Assembly: GCA_032718475.1 (NCBI GenBank) | Contig: JAUCBJ010006587.1 | Span: forward strand, 62,001-126,000 | DNA: 64,000 nucleotides | Origin: Nemertoderma westbladi | Taxonomy: Eukaryota > Animalia > Xenacoelomorpha | Direction: 5' to 3' | In this document: positions 48,218-63,200 of the stretch, in pieces | Numbering within the stretch: position 1 is the stretch's first letter | How the letters are laid out: each line of letters begins with the position of its first letter | Notes under the pieces: model-generated | The model's database searches: none | Told to the model about the DNA's origin: nothing | What the model saw: the letters and a program-made list of their open reading frames with translations, nothing else | Program-made: the position numbers and the translations under genes

Positions 48218-49452
48218 CACTCCGGTCCTAGGCCAACACACCAGTGCGCATATTACCAATTGGGGTGAATATTTAATTTCGATATTTATCATTTAAGGTA
48301 CCCTTTAAAAGAAAGTAACAGGTTATGATGGCTCTAATCAACAGGGTGTCGAACGATTTTGACATGTTTTTTTCCCGGCCTTTTCCTTGTATTTCCAAGG
48401 TTCATTTGTGAATTGTCCCAGTTTAGATGACATAATATAATACGTAAAAACATATTATAATTTGATTTTCACTTGACCTAAATTTCATGCCAAATTTCTT
48501 GAACGGAACTTCCTTTCCTATCAAATTATATGTTGTCAAAATTTTTTTATGTACAATCAAATACTAAACTCAGAGTCGTTTTAGCTCAGCTATCTCATCG
48601 ATCAGCCTGTCTACTGTTTTAGCATAAAGTTTTAGCAACAATTCACAACAAGTTTATCAATAAAAAACCTTTTATCAATAAAAAGGCTTGTGGGGCGAGA
48701 CACGTATGGCGAGCCATCAGCGAACTGATATAATTATACTATGGCCGTTTTTTAAAAGTCTGTGTGTGACGTGTGTGTGTGTGTGGTGTGTGTGTGTGTC
48801 GGTAGCCATAAATGTCGGAAGCCATAATCGAAGTTAATATCTTCAGCTAAATTGTATGGTTGAGTCATTTTGAACGGTCTCTCCATGGAAATTAATTGTT
48901 TAGCACCATACGATTAAAGTTATTTTGCACTGAAATTAGATATCTGGAATCCATGTACCCCATCCCATTATAGTTTTTTATTTTTTCAAGTGATATGCGT
49001 TAATACAGTAAATGTATTTTTAATTGATTTAAACATAATTAACATTGTAAATTCATACGCTGATTCCATTCTCCCCCATAGAGCCTAAGGCATGGCAAGG
49101 GCAGCCGTGCCCAATAATATTTCTTGAAGTTTTACAGTTGGCAAGCTAAAGTCATTGGCCAAGCCAGTGCCTAGGCTAGTACACAAGGACATAGTAATCC
49201 AGGAGAAGGAATAGTGCTCCTTCAATACATCTCAACAGACATCAATTCATTTGCCTGTGCCTACCAACGCGTGCTCTATAACATAACATATATTCTTGAT
49301 TTCCATCACCTCTCACCACAATTATTATTAGTAATTAAAAGTTTCAATTCGATTTGTCTTTCCGTTATCTGGTTATTCAGTTATTGCATTATTAATAAAT
49401 AAATGTTTTAAAATATATCTTACGAAATATGGTTAATATTTAAAACTTGTCG

Positions 49453-49988
49453 CTAACATTCTCGCTATGGGGGTTTTAAGGAGTGCTGATTACATTTCTG
49501 ATGTCAGTTTTCACGTTTACATAAATCTAGTCTGTCTGTCTGTCGGTCATTCTGTCAGTCAGTCTGTCAAAACTTAAAAGATAATTCAAATTAACTAACA
49601 TTCTCGCTATGGGGGTTTTAAGGGGTGCTGATTTCATTTCTGATGTCAGTTTTCAGGTTTACATAAATCTAGTCTGTCTGTTTGTCGGTCTTTCTGTCAG
49701 TCAGTCTGTCAAAACTTAAAAAAGAATACAAACTAACTAACATTCTCGTTATGGGGGTTTTGATGGGTGCTGATTTTATTTTAGATGTCAGTTTTCACGT
49801 TTAAAAAAATCTAGTCTGTCTGCCTGTCGGTCTTTCTGTCAGTCAGTCTGTGAAAACTTAAGAAAGTATACTAACTAACCAACATTCTCGCTATGGGGGT
49901 TTTAAGGGTTGCTGATTTCATTTCTGATGTCAGTTTATACGTTTACATAAATCTAGTCTGCCTGGCTGTCGGTCTCTCTGTCAGTCTG
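49453..49988. repeat. Four tandem copies of a ~142-bp unit (AACATTCTCGCTATGGGGGTTTTAAGG..GTGCTGATT...AAATCTAGTCTGTCTG)
   Basis: Units start at ~49455, 49598, 49739 and 49881. Probably internal repeats of a non-autonomous element (inference). Confidence 0.9.
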
Positions 49989-50743
49989 AACTACTGTACT
50001 GTGGTTGGCATTACGCCATATACCTAACACTAATAATACAGTCTACAATACAGCCTATCTACAGTACAGAATGGATTTTTTGCCATGAAGAGCAATAAAT
50101 GTCATTAATACTATCCACCAGTATACCTACTCCAAGAGCCTTCCAATAAAACATGTATTCCAGCATGACGTCCACTGCACGTCTTCGTGCTGTCCATGGT
50201 GACGTGCAGTGGACGTCATTAGGCTCTAAGGGGTTAAGCAACACGGTCCCTACTTCGCCCTGTCGACACCCCAGCCATTTTCCACCAATCCTTTTTTAGA
50301 GTTTATTAATTTTTTTGGTATTGGTGAAAGTTCTACAACATTAGTAAATATGTTTTTTATGATAGCTAGTGTTTTTTTGCTAGCTAGTATTTTTTGAAAT
50401 TATAAAAAATGTGAAATCCATGATATTTCAGGTTAAACTGTTGAAGAATATATTAATGACCAAAATAATTTCCAAAAATTACTAGCTAGTAAAAAATACA
50501 AGCTATATACCATAAAAAATCTACTAAGGTTCTAGAACATTCACTAATATAAAAAAGCACTCAAAATCACAAAAGAATAAAGGTTAAAAAACTCATTCGG
50601 GACCCTTTTGCTTAAGGAGTCAAAATTGTAGAACAAATTCCCGAAGTTTGCGACGTTTGCGAAATTCGCGAAGAATTCGTCAGTTTCTGTGCCCTAATGG
50701 TTTCGTGACGAAACAATCAAATCTTACACACTTAACACACACG

Positions 50744-51343
50744 AACTAATTTAATGTGGGTATTAGTATGCCTGAATAATTAAATAGAAATTAAATTAAT
50801 GAACGCTATTACAACATGAAATCTACGGAATCAATACACAACACACGCACACTACTGAATTTAAAAATTTATATAGATTGCAACTTATATTTGGCTACCT
50901 TTTAATGGGTGATTAATTTAATTATTATTAAAACTCAATTATTAAAACTCTCTGTCAGCGTCTAGTAATGCACTTTGTGGGGTCTTCGAGCAGCACGTGT
51001 TCAAATGTTCAATGAATGAACAGCGACTAATTAACAAATTTATGAGAGACTCATTGACCAGCTACCGACAGACCAATATTGTGACATATATTTTAGTTTA
51101 ATGTTTGATTCAATTAGAGGCACAAATTAAAAAGGCTACAAATATATAAGGGTGAATAATTAAATTAGTCACCCATTGGGCCTAAAAGGTAGCCAAATAT
51201 AAGTTGCAATCTATATAAATTTTTAAATTCAGTAGTGTGCATGTGTTGTGTATTGATTCCGTAGATTTCATGTTGTAATAGCGTTCATTAATTTAATTTC
51301 TATTTAATTATTCAGGCATACTAATACCCACATTAAATTAGTT
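50744..51343. mobile_element. Foldback/MITE-like element with inverted arms of at least 165 bp; right arm interrupted by element C
   Basis: 50744-50912 is the near-perfect reverse complement of ~51168-51343. Confidence 0.85.
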
Positions 51344-52460
51344 TGTTCGCGCTTTCAGACCTTTAGCAGTTTAACCTGCCAAATTTAGATGTCTTCTAGA
51401 TTATAAATCGACTTTAGCCTATGACGAGTATTTGATACACTACATTAGCCGAAGCCAGTCTATGCGCGACCATTCACCCGCTGGATATACCCGGGAGACT
51501 GGATTCGGAAGCTTTGACCTTATTGCGGTGTAGGCCTACTGTATTATTCGACTGATCGTTAATATATAATTTCTGACAAATATTATTCACTTTCGGGAAA
51601 TATCAACAGTTCCTTTAGGACGTGGCGCTCTAAGTATGTAAACAGAGTTATGACTTACACTAAACACAACGGGATGGCTATTGATTCACGTATAAAGCGC
51701 ATTCTTTAGGAGATGCTTTGTTATCAGTCACAATCATGCACACTACCGCACAATGCTGCACACCGATCTGCCGACCTTCACTAATTTTAGTCACATATAA
51801 AGAGAACAGCAACCGACACATATAGTGCCTATGAAATAGCATTAGATTCACTCCAAAACCACTTTAATGTAAGTCGCAATTGTTATATGTAACCGGTCTC
51901 TTACCTTCAGTATATCAAGAAGATTGGGGTTTTATGATTATTTATCGATATTATCCAAATATAACAATATTCCATCAACTGATATAATTAATAACTGACA
52001 GTAAATAGCAGTAAAAATGCGGTGTTTGTAGGTGACAATATGATTTGTAACAATATGAATTGCGTTGATATGAGGTGCGATGGGTAGGATAACAGTTATA
52101 CGTTTCTATAATCAAGCACACACTGACTGAATTGCGTGAGTTTCTGTATACAATGTCCAACACAGAGTAAAAAACGCTCTGATTGGTCGACTGAACAAAG
52201 AACGAACAAAGAACAAAGAAAAAGTTACACGTGGACACAGCTGATAGATGTCGTCATCTGAGTTCCGATATTTAGAGCATTTGGCTTATTGCGACATAAA
52301 ATCGCTAGTTATGTCCGCTAAAGTACACATACAGAAGAAATGGCTTTTTATGTCCACTAAAACACCGGTACAGTAAGGAAACGGCTTTTTATGTCCGTTA
52401 AAACAACTACAGAGTACTTTGCGGGGAAAATAACCAACTAATTCCGCAAAAGCCTTTACA
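51344..52460 (-). repeat. 3' LTR of element C
   Basis: TGTAAAGG...GCGCGAACA on the minus strand. Confidence 0.95.
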
Positions 52461-52538
52461 CCGCTCCCAGAAAATGGGATTTAATTCTATAAAATATAAA
52501 AAATCACACTTTCTAAAATATAAAAATACTCTAAACAG

Positions 52539-53700
52539 TTAGTCTTTCTTACGCGGACGGCGTTTACGCAGTTTTTTGAGGCTAGCAAGAGTCCTTTTCT
52601 CTTTGGGGCGAGCCACTTTACTAGGAGGGCTATAACTCCTGGGTGAAGGGTGCAATACAATTGCGTCAGAAGGTTTAGGATTACGATCGGTGTATCCGCC
52701 GGTCGAGGTACCTGGTTGATCGATATCAACTTCAGTGGAGCGAGGTCTAACGGCCTTTAGGGCGCGTCTTAGGACAGCAGCTCCTACTGGTCCCTGACGA
52801 GTCGTCTGGACAATAGCGGTAGGTGGACCGTGAGTGGTGAGAAACTTCCTCGGTTTAATGGTTCTTTCCAGCTCGCGTTCTCGGGCTCGATATTCGTAGG
52901 GCCGTCGAGATACTTCCTGTAACTCAGGGTGCGAGTTGATAAATAAATCGCCATACTCAGGGTCTTGACGGATGAAATTGATCAAATGGTATGAATTAAT
53001 ATCGTTAGGATTGACGTTCCTGAGATATTTTCGAACAAATTTGGTGGAAATACACTCACCAACAAGCTTCATTAGTTCGTAACTCGGTGTGCGTGTTTTT
53101 TGTTCAACAGACGCGAATAGACAACGACAGGTAGTGGTCGATCAGCGGTAAGATACATCATAGTGAAATAGAGTCGTTTGAGGTATACCTCAAATGATCA
53201 TGATGTATACCTTGAGGATATCGAGTTTCTAGATTTTGTTGACTGGCAATATTGAGATATGTTTCTCTCAGGAATTCCAGATAATCGTTGAAGTCGCTGC
53301 GTTTATCCGGCTCTTCAATGTCTTCCCTTTCGAGTCTACCGAGAATAGAATTCTCGTGTTCTATTCTCGGTTTATCGTTCCGACTCCGCTGGGTATGATA
53401 TTTAAATAAAACCATTTCCCTTTCGGTGTCTACATCGTCCGTATCGTGTAAATCGATAGGATGGCCAGTAGTTAAGAAGTCCATATACGTACCATTACGA
53501 TGCGTATAGCGAGCGGTGAATTTTCTATAATCCAATTCACGCGTAAGTTGCTCCTGGGACATTGGCGGTTCGATATAACGACCATCGTCCTCCGTAGTAG
53601 TTGGACCAGCGTTGCCGCGTATCAAGCTATCAACAAACGCTTGTAAAGGTAGAGTATATCGCTCCCTGATACCAAAATCATCTTCTATCAACTCAGTCAT
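52539..53700 (-). pseudogene. Extra ORF3 of element C (fragments 53700-53158 and 53072-52539)
   Basis: Shares its N-terminus and basic C-terminus with A/B ORF3 but retains a different internal segment. Confidence 0.72.
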
Positions 53701-55342
53701 ATCTGCTATATGAGTTTATCAATATTATATTGAGTTTATATTTAGGCTAGCGGGCGTCGCTGCCTACCCCTCTCTGCCCCCGGACAGTGCAAGATCCTCA
53801 GCGCCGATGTACCGTCGTCGCTGTGTTTTCGCCAACGTAGTAGCTACACAACGACAACGATAACCGGCACAAGTCACTCCACTGTCCGTCCCAAAGGCTT
53901 AGATTTACTTCAGGTTCTTGCTGCAGAGTTAGGGCTACTTTCACAATTGCGACTCGCTACTGTAAACACACTTTAGTAGTAACATTCACCTATAAACGCA
54001 CAAATTCCACACAACTGTCACAAATTGTACACATTCGGGCCATTTGTCCGTTAGTCAAGTGCCTTCCAGAATGCCACGTTATTATTATGTATCCGTATCC
54101 TTGGATACTAGCAGTGTGCTATTTATTCCCTATGCTATTCAATGGGGCAAGCTTTCTATTGTTCTTTTAACTCACTTCTAATTCTAGCGTGGTTGTTGCT
54201 ATGGTGACATTATGGAAAGCTAGCGGTAGAATTAGGGTAATTCTCATGCATACAGATCTGGGATGCTATTTAATAGTAATTCTTTAATTGTCAATATCCC
54301 CTTTATACATGATTTTATGAATTTTATCGGCTATTGACTATATATTGGAGATTCTCGCACACTAATACACTTAATAGGGTGAATCTCCGCTCCCATGATC
54401 TATTAATTTATGGAATTTTGGGAATGTTATAAATTGTATAAAAATGACAATTTATCAAATTCATTAAAACATGAATTTAAATTTATTCCCGTAAATTTTA
54501 TTATTTAATATTAAATAGACACAATTTTATTCCAGAACATGACTGGGGACTAGGATCCTTGATTCTAGGAAATTGGTCTTTTTAAGAATATCGGTAAGTG
54601 CTACGATATCTTAATAGACTAGAATTTTAAAGGATCTAAAATTTGACAGATTTTATAAATATTAATAGTTAATATTTAGGATGGGCACCAATTTATTCCA
54701 GAACTTGTCTGGGGACGTTAACCACTGATTCTAGAGTTTTGTCTTTCAAGTATATCGGTGGGTGCCGCGATATCTTAATCGACTAGAATTACAAATGGTC
54801 AAAGGGTTTAACAGATTTATTTGCATTGTACGCTACTGTTAAAGGGACATCACGCTACTATATGTATTATTTAATATACGGTATGAGAGCAATATCGCAA
54901 GAAGCAATGTCAGTGAGAAGAGGCAAGTCGTTTCCAAAGTCTACCCAGAGCTTGGTTTAGCCGAGACACGAGGATCTGAATTTTGCATTCCTAATACTCT
55001 ACTTACCAATAATACTTGAATATAGTAGGAGCTTTATTGTACTTTAATAAGTACGGATATTTCATCTTACTGTAGTCATGTATTTATAATATAATACGGA
55101 CAGTAAGGAAAGAGAAAAATAATTATTTCTCGCCGTCGCACTAAATATATAATATATAAGTAATTAAGTAATAAACGCGAATATATATGGCACTAATCTA
55201 CTAAATAATCGCTAAAATAACCTTCTACTAAATAAAATTAAAGAAAACGATTATAATAAAATTACATAATAATACATACATAAGTATAAAAATAATGAAA
55301 CAAACATAAAATAATATAGTCACACACCCACTCCAGACGCTG

Positions 55343-55771
55343 TTACGTTGGGGAGTCCCTAGATGTTTGTTGGATTAGGGAGGTGGTCGTGGGAAGAGTA
55401 TCTTGCCTTCCATAGTTTCCGGAGAGTTCTCTGTCTCTTTCCAGTAAACATAAACGACCAACTGGGCGATTGAGCTGCTGTGTCTCGAAGACAATTCCCG
55501 GTTTCTTAAAGTTACGTGGAAGATCTGAATCCACAATAAGGACCATGTCTCCAGCGCTGACGTTTTCTTGCTGCGCAAACCACTTAGTTCGAAGTTGTAG
55601 CGCGGGCAGATAATGTTTTTCGAAATGGTCAGCGAAACGACGGGATAACAACTGCATAAGTTGCCAAGTTTGCCGGCAGTATTCGTCTCCGTCTGTGATT
55701 TCCGATCGTGGGAGCATGGCTACGGGTTTCTTCAGTAGGAAGTGCGCGGGTGTTAGCGCTTCTCCCATCAT
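55343..55771 (-). pseudogene. Post-integrase C-terminal remnant of BEL pol
   Basis: ALTPAHFL...YLPALQLRTKW...GDMVLI...RPVGRLCLL is typical of the BEL/Pao pol C-terminus. The HHCC and DDE core are absent. Confidence 0.85.
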
Positions 55772-58700
55772 TCATCCTCTTCTTTGCTTAGGAAGTCGGG
55801 TCCACCTAACCAGTCTGGAGTATCTATCAGTTCTTGTGGAGTTGCTCCCCTGGAGGCGATGTCTGCTGGATTAATCGTTCCGGGGCAATGTCTCCATTGA
55901 TCCATCTTCGTGCGACTAAGTATAATGGCTACTCTGTTGGTAACGAAGATGCTGAACTGACAGACTTCATTGGTTATATACTCCAACACGAGTAAAGCAT
56001 CGGTCCAATAGACAGTTTTCTCCAGTGGATATTCGATCTGTTCTGTTACATTCCGGCCGATGGCTGCCGCTTTTAACTCCGCTCGAGGAACTTTCAACTT
56101 GTTGTTTATCAATGCCTTAGAGGTTACCAAGGCAACTTTGATTCCATCCGGAGTTTCAACTCTCAGGTAGGCTACTATACCTATTCCCATATCGCTGGCG
56201 TCTCCAAACACATGGAGTTGATAGGAATACGTAGGGAGAACATGACCAAAATATGAACGGGAAATTATAATGTTCTCGATGGCTGGTAGAGAATCTTCCC
56301 ATTTCATCCACTTCTTTAATAGTTCTCCCTTAAGTGGATCGTCCCATGAGTGGTTTTCAAGCCACATTTGTTGTACTAAACTCCGAGCAATCCGTATAAC
56401 TGGGCTAATAAATCCCAATGGATCGAAATAAGTGCTCAGGATACTTAAACAAATCCGTTTAGTCCGAACTGGATTATCTCGCTGTTTGAGCTGGAAAAAC
56501 AGGATATCTCTCTCTGTGTCCCATTTCAAACCAAGTGTTTTGGTTTCTGGAAGATCGTCTTTGATTAGGTCTAGATCTTTCGCTCCTCGATCTTCTACCG
56601 GGATCGATTCCAGAAACTCACGGGAGTTGCTGGTGAATTTAGTTAATCGAAATCCACCTCTTTTTAAGCACTCTACCGTTCCTTTGGCGACATCAATGGC
56701 TTCTTCCACTGATGGGAGGGACTTTAAATTGTCGTCCATGTATATATCCTGTTTGATGTTGTCGATCACCTCTTTAGAGAAGGCGTCCCGGTTGTCATCA
56801 GCAGTGGTTCGCACCACTGAGCAGGCGTTTGAAGGGCTTGAGATGATCCCAAAAGCCTGGATGGTCATCCAGTACTCCACCGGTTTCTGGTTGAGGTCTC
56901 CTTCAGGCCACCACAGAAATCGTAGGCTGTCTCGATCCCTATCCAGCGCCTTGACTTGTAAGAACATGCCTTCTATATCGGAGGCGAAAGCGATTGAATA
57001 TTGTCGTAATCTTAAGAGTATTCCCAACAAGGATTGGAGTAAGTTGGGTCCTGGTAACAACTCGGAATTAAGGGATTGGCCCATGTAGAGGGCGGAGCCG
57101 TCAAATACTACTCGTACCTCATGGGGTTTACCGGGTTTGGGAACGTAATGATGTGTTAAATAGTACGTTCTCTCAGTTAGGGGTGTTTCTTCCGGTACTC
57201 GCTCCGCATATCCCTTGTTAATAAATTTCTTCAACTGAGTCTGATACATTTCTTTAGCTGAAGCATTTGCCGTAAGGCGTCGATGTCGTTGAGCAATTCT
57301 TTTCTCCGCCAAGGGTCGGTTGTTTATGAATTTTGGTTCTCGCTTTCGGAATGGTAGACCGATTTCATATCTACCTTGATCTTTAAGAAAACGTATAGTT
57401 GTCTCCTGGATCTGCTTGGCTCTTTCTTCTTCTACCGATAGGGCCTTATCGTAGGAATTGGGCTCTACAGCCTCTTGAGTAAAGAATCGTACGGCGTGTT
57501 CATCCCGAGTCTTCGCGTTATAGCGCTCGATTACGTCATTCAGTTCGTCGTTATAGTCGACTTGTCCTGATGGACAAATGAGTTGACATAGGTTCACTTG
57601 GTTTTGCCAAGTCTCGTTTTCCGTAAGGAGATCGATGGTATTCTCCTCGTCGAAGATTTGGTGGATATCGTCATTATCTGAGGAGTATGGTGTTCCCTCA
57701 GTTGGGTCGTCAACTTCACTGCTCTCCACTTCCCATTCACTTACTTGATATACCTGTTCTTTTGGTAACCTTTCCATGAGAGTTCTACGGGAAGGGCCAG
57801 TAAAGTACCAACCTACTCTAGTTCTTCCCGCATAGGCTTGTAATGGTTGCGGTTGAGCAGGCCGTTTCTCCAATGTCTCAAGCGCCTCATGCGCATTTTG
57901 GCCGATGAGTATTTGCACTCCAGGGTAATCTGTGTTGAATCTAGGTATATTAAGCTGCTGGGTGGAATCGTCGTCATCCCAGTTATAAGGTTCTACTTGG
58001 CTGGTAGCGAAGTTCTTTATCGCCACCATTTTTACTGACCTTATACTGTGTTCTCCTAGTTCATCCTGGGGGGTGGACAATGCACCTACATAATAATCCG
58101 CTATTACTGTAGATTTCCAAACCTGCATAATTCCTGACATGTTTAACTTAGTTTGGAACTTGGGTTGTCCAGCAAAGATGTCTTCGGCTAGTTCTTTGTC
58201 GATGAATGTTCCTGTGCTACCGGAGTCAAGGAGGGCATTCACTATATAACTCCTTTTAGGTCCGTGGACCCTCAACTGTACTACGGGAAATTCTCGGATT
58301 CCTACATTGGAAGTTGGTGCTTTCCAAGATGGTTGTCGGTCAGAAGTAGTTAGGGGGAGCTCGCTATCGGTGTCCTTTTCATACGTAAGTGCTCGATACA
58401 CTGCGGTATTTATCAGGTAACAGGATTCGTTTTCATCGGAGAATTCGTCCGTATAGAATCCTTCCATATCAGAACTTTGGTCAGTGTCGTTCACATCACT
58501 GAATTGGACATGTAGTTCGGAATCACTTACCTGACTCGGGCTGTTTCGTTCGAATTCAGTATGCAACAAGAGATGATGTTTTGCGCCGCACTTCGCACAC
58601 CTTGCGTCGGAGTAACAGGTTCGCCGTTGGTGTCCTTGTCTGAGGCAATTATAACACAACCGCTTATCCCACATGACTTCCCGTCTATCCTTTAATGATT

Positions 58701-59946
58701 TCTTTAGGAATTCATCACACACATTCAAACGGTGGGGCCCGTCACACAGCGCACATTTCGGTTTGATGTTACTTACCTTATTCTGAGTAACGTTGTGTAC
58801 ACTCGTTCTTTCCTCAGGCTTTCTTACATGAATTCTCTTAGGAGACGTAGGAGGAGTTTTTCTTACCTGTTCTCTCCTGTCATTGGTTCGAGACTTGAAT
58901 TTACTTACGTCTTTAGGCGTTTTGTTGACATAGTAAGATCTTTCAGTGTCTTTCCCGCTGTCTTCTTCTTGAGAAGCCTGGCTTTCGCCGTCGTCGGTAT
59001 AACACACTGGTGTTACCTTTCTCCTAGAAACGGGTTTCTCACTTACCTTATTTTCCGTTGTCTTCTCTCTGGACTGCTTTAGGAGCTGTAGTTTTACCTC
59101 GCCATCCAAGAATGACATGAGATCAGCCATGGTAGGGTCTCGTCGTTGTTGTTCCATCATATATAACACTTTCTTGTCCCAGCGTGTACCTACTCCACCC
59201 TTTGGTAAAGTAGAGGCCACAGCTCCAATAACCATAGAACTCTGATATTCATGAGACTTACCTAGCCAATCTAATTGTCTGCAGATCTCCTGGATCTCAT
59301 CGGAAAACTCGATAATTCCGCTACTAATAAACTTTCGGGGCGCTACTAACTTGGCATACAAGTACCCAGCGATATTATTCCTATTACCATACCTGATGTT
59401 TAGTGTATCCCAAACTTGTCTTAATCCGTCTGGATGTCCAATAAACTTTAACGCCATTAACTTGGGAGATCCTTCCAAGCACTCGATGAGGTATCTCAGT
59501 TTTTCTCCATTAGATAGTACAGAGTTCTGTATGTTATCTTTGTAATATTCATTAAAAGGTAACCATTTCATCTCATCTCCATTGAACTTGACGATCTCTC
59601 CAACCTTTACCGCTTGCCGGGCTTCGGTTCTAGCCATTTGACGCGTAAAACTTTCTTGGGCCATTGTGCTATTTAATATCGAGTTATCGGTATATAAATT
59701 TCTCGGATTATGATCCGGTCTATAGGGAATATCACTATCAACAGGTCTATAATTACCCTTAATAGGGTTCACTATAGGAGTTTCTACTTCGCTAGCAGTA
59801 TAGATGCGTGTAGGCTCCACACCTTGCGCATGAAATACTTCAGACCTAACAGGTTGACACATTGTTACAGGGGGTGGTGTTATACCCTTTTGTGTATTTA
59901 CTAATTTATCGCGTTCTAACGCGATACTTTGCTGCACTTCTTGCAA
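55768..59946 (-). pseudogene. pol: gag C-terminus, protease, RT and RNase H of element C
   Basis: Zinc knuckles, LLDSGS, RVVFDGS, SLNSELLPGP, DIEGMFLQV, YMDD, KTLGLKW, HVFGDAS, PRAEL, WTD and NPADIASRG are Pao-type motifs. Confidence 0.93.
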
Positions 59947-59974
59947 CTCTAACCTACTTTCCCTTACTGTTCCC

Positions 59975-61944
59975 TTAAACTGATGAACATTTCTCCTGCA
60001 TCTGCCCGAGCAGGAGATTCATCCCCCGCCGCCCCTCATCCACCCACTCGACCGCCGAAGCGGGAGCCGCCAACATAGTAGCGGGCAGACGAGGGACAAC
60101 GGGCGACAAATCATTGATATTTCGCTCGGAGTCCAGGACAGGAACTATCTCAGGGGTTGCTCTTCTGTGGGGCACAGGTAGTTTAGTGCTGTGCAAAGGG
60201 AATTTAGAGGTAGGTTCTGGGAGTACAGGTGTCTCTATCACCGAAGGGGAGGCTTCGAGAACAGGCCTAATTATTTCAGGCTCATCTACTATAGTAGGGA
60301 GTCTTTCTATTTTAATTATTTGGTCTGTGGGTTCTGTACTACCTAAGTCTGTGTTAGTTAGTTGCCTTCTAACAGCTGGGGGCAAGTCAGGCAATTTCTG
60401 ACGGTGGGACATTCTTCTACGTCTGCTTAGACGAGATCTATTTCCTCCGCCTTCAGCATCGGTGGTATCGCCTTCCTCAGATGATGTATATCCCTGTCTT
60501 TTGGGAGTAGATCGATTCATCATCTGCATATGACTAGCTGTTAACTGTTTATTTATGCAGTCTTGATTCTCGTGAATATTTTCCAACTCTAGTTGGGTGG
60601 TCTCTTCAGACGCTCTCCTTTCTGCTTCTGCCACTGCTAATTTTCTTTCCACTTCTGCCGCTGCCTCTGCCGCTTTTCTTTGCGCTTCTGCCTCTGCCTC
60701 TGCCGCTTTTCTTTGCGCTTCTACCGCTTTTCTTTCCGCTTCTGCCTCTGCTGCTGCCGCTGCTGCTATCTTTCTGTCTTCTATACGTTTTTTCTTTACT
60801 TGTTCTTCTTGGACTCTAGCGATGCGGAGGCTTTCATCAAATTTAGCTTGGTTCGCAGCTATCATTTCCGCATCGATTGCGTCCAACACAAGCTTGGTTC
60901 CTTCACTATTAGGGCGAAGTCCAGACAGCCGTCTCCTCAACTCTTCGTCACCTAGAAATCGTTGATAGTCTGACAGATAGATGTCAATAGCATCCCTCTT
61001 ATGCGGTGTTTCTGCTGTCACTTCACTTTCCACTTGGGAAAAGGTAGCGTCTGTTGATTCTCCATGGGTTGAGCACTCAGCCAGCTGAGATTTCCACTGG
61101 GCAGTTCCTTGAACTTGGAGACTCACCCGCTGAAACCAAGTCTTTACGGCAACTTGCAACGAAGTGTCTTGTCTTCTTTTCGAAGCCTCCTCAAAGGCCG
61201 ATAAGATTAGTCTGATTCTTAGAATTCTTTCTCTAACTTGATAAAGCAGCTCTCCCTGCTCTTGAGGTCCTTGGGGTTGTCGAAACAGTTGTTCCTCTAA
61301 TCGCTCCATAGAGCTGAAGAATCCCTGTATGTATCCTGCTGCTGACCTCTTCCACACAGCTGGATCGCTGGTTTCTTTTGACACTCCCATCCTGTGTATG
61401 TCTTCCCAGGCAACTTCCGATAAGTCAAACGGGAGTCCGGGTCCGGGGAAGTTCCATTGCGACTCGACAATAGACTTCAGTTCTTCCCTTGTGTATCCCG
61501 CATAACTATCCTTGGTCGATCGCTTACTTCTCGCCCAATCAATCTGGTGTTCCTCCACCGCAATCAATACCCTAGTGAGTACGCTGCAGGAAGGATGAGA
61601 AGGGGATCCGAATAAACCGCATCTGCCATCTTTGCTCCGCGCTCGGGTGTCAGCTCTACAGTATCCGCACTACTGGAGCTGTCGGGCCGTTGAGAAATAA
61701 GTTCTCGGCTCGAGTGTTGCTGCTGTTCTGCTGCTTCTTGGTCCCGCTTGACCTGAGCTCGAGTGCCTATGATAGACCTACGGTGTTGGACTAGCCTAGG
61801 GTCTGATACTACTACTGGAGGGATGATCTTTCTTACGGTAGGAGGTGAATTGAACTTCGTTCGCACACGTTCCACACTCCTGTCTGGGTCACAGATGGTT
61901 GTATCTAGGAGACTGTCTGACAGGTTTGGCTTTGTGTCAGACAT
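59975..61944 (-). pseudogene. gag: gag N-terminal part of element C (frameshifts near 61582 and ~59990)
   Basis: ORFs 61944-61564 and 61567-59975 together align with A/B gag. Confidence 0.9.
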
Positions 61945-63200
61945 GTTTGTTTATACAGTTGAATGCCTACTGCTATATTACAGTTAAAGCAAGTCTAGTA
62001 ATTCAGTATCACTGTTAGCCTAGTAATTAATTACCGATATCGTTACTCTATGTAATGTGATATATATACAATATATTAGAGTACCGGTATATACTTATAG
62101 TATATATAAGTATTATTACAGACTAGGTTTGTCACAGAATACCGGTATATAATTTCAGCACAAATATATATAAATATATAATAAGCCTATCGTGAATGCC
62201 GGTATACAGCTTACACTTATAGTATATATAAGTATAATTATGGACTAGAATTAATTACAGAATACCGGTATATAATTTCAGCACAAATATATAGAAATAT
62301 ATAATAAGCCTATCGTGAATACCGGCATGTCAATTATTTTAGAATAATTGAATTTCTGAATTTTAGGGTTACTTGGTTACTTTACCTTACTTTATTACCG
62401 TTATTTAAGCAGTAGTCCAACTGATATTAAGACCTAATTGATGTATGACAGGCCTAACAACAGTCAGACAACAGTCCAGCCTACAAATTATCTAAATAAG
62501 AAATATTACGCTACCCGTACAGACTACACAAACAAAATACAGACCAAACGCCGGCAGACTACTATCAAGCCTAAACACATACAGTATATGCAGACTCCGA
62601 AATGGTTAGTTAGTATGCGTTCTAACCGAGTAGTACGACTTATTCTTTCGGGGGGATTTACCTCACAGCACTGGAAGCCCCTACGTTCCTAACTAGTACT
62701 TTATCGGACATACACTCTACACACACTGCAATCTCTTCAGACTTAACAACAGTCAGCCAACAGTCCAGCCTACAAATTACCTATACAATCTGAGCAGGCT
62801 TACACGCCTTCTGCTCAATATTAACTTACAAATAAATAAAACTGACAGAAATAAGTAAAATCCCAATAAAAAACCAGGGCGGCCGTCCCTGATTAAATAT
62901 CAAGACCTACCAATATATAATTCACAAAATCGAATAATACTGCTGTACCTGTACTGCTGTAAGTACCGGTCCGGGTGGTTAGGTAGTCAGGCCTACTGTT
63001 TACCGGTCGACCGGTACTTTTCGTCTTTATTGCCTACTGCAATAAAGAAGCTATAACTGTTATTGTTCTTACCAGAACAATATTAAACTGTATTTATTGC
63101 CTACACTGCAATCAGAACTTAATAACTGTTATTGTTCTTACCAGAACAATAGTAAACTGTATTTATTGCCTACACTGCAATAAGAAATCATAACTGTTAT

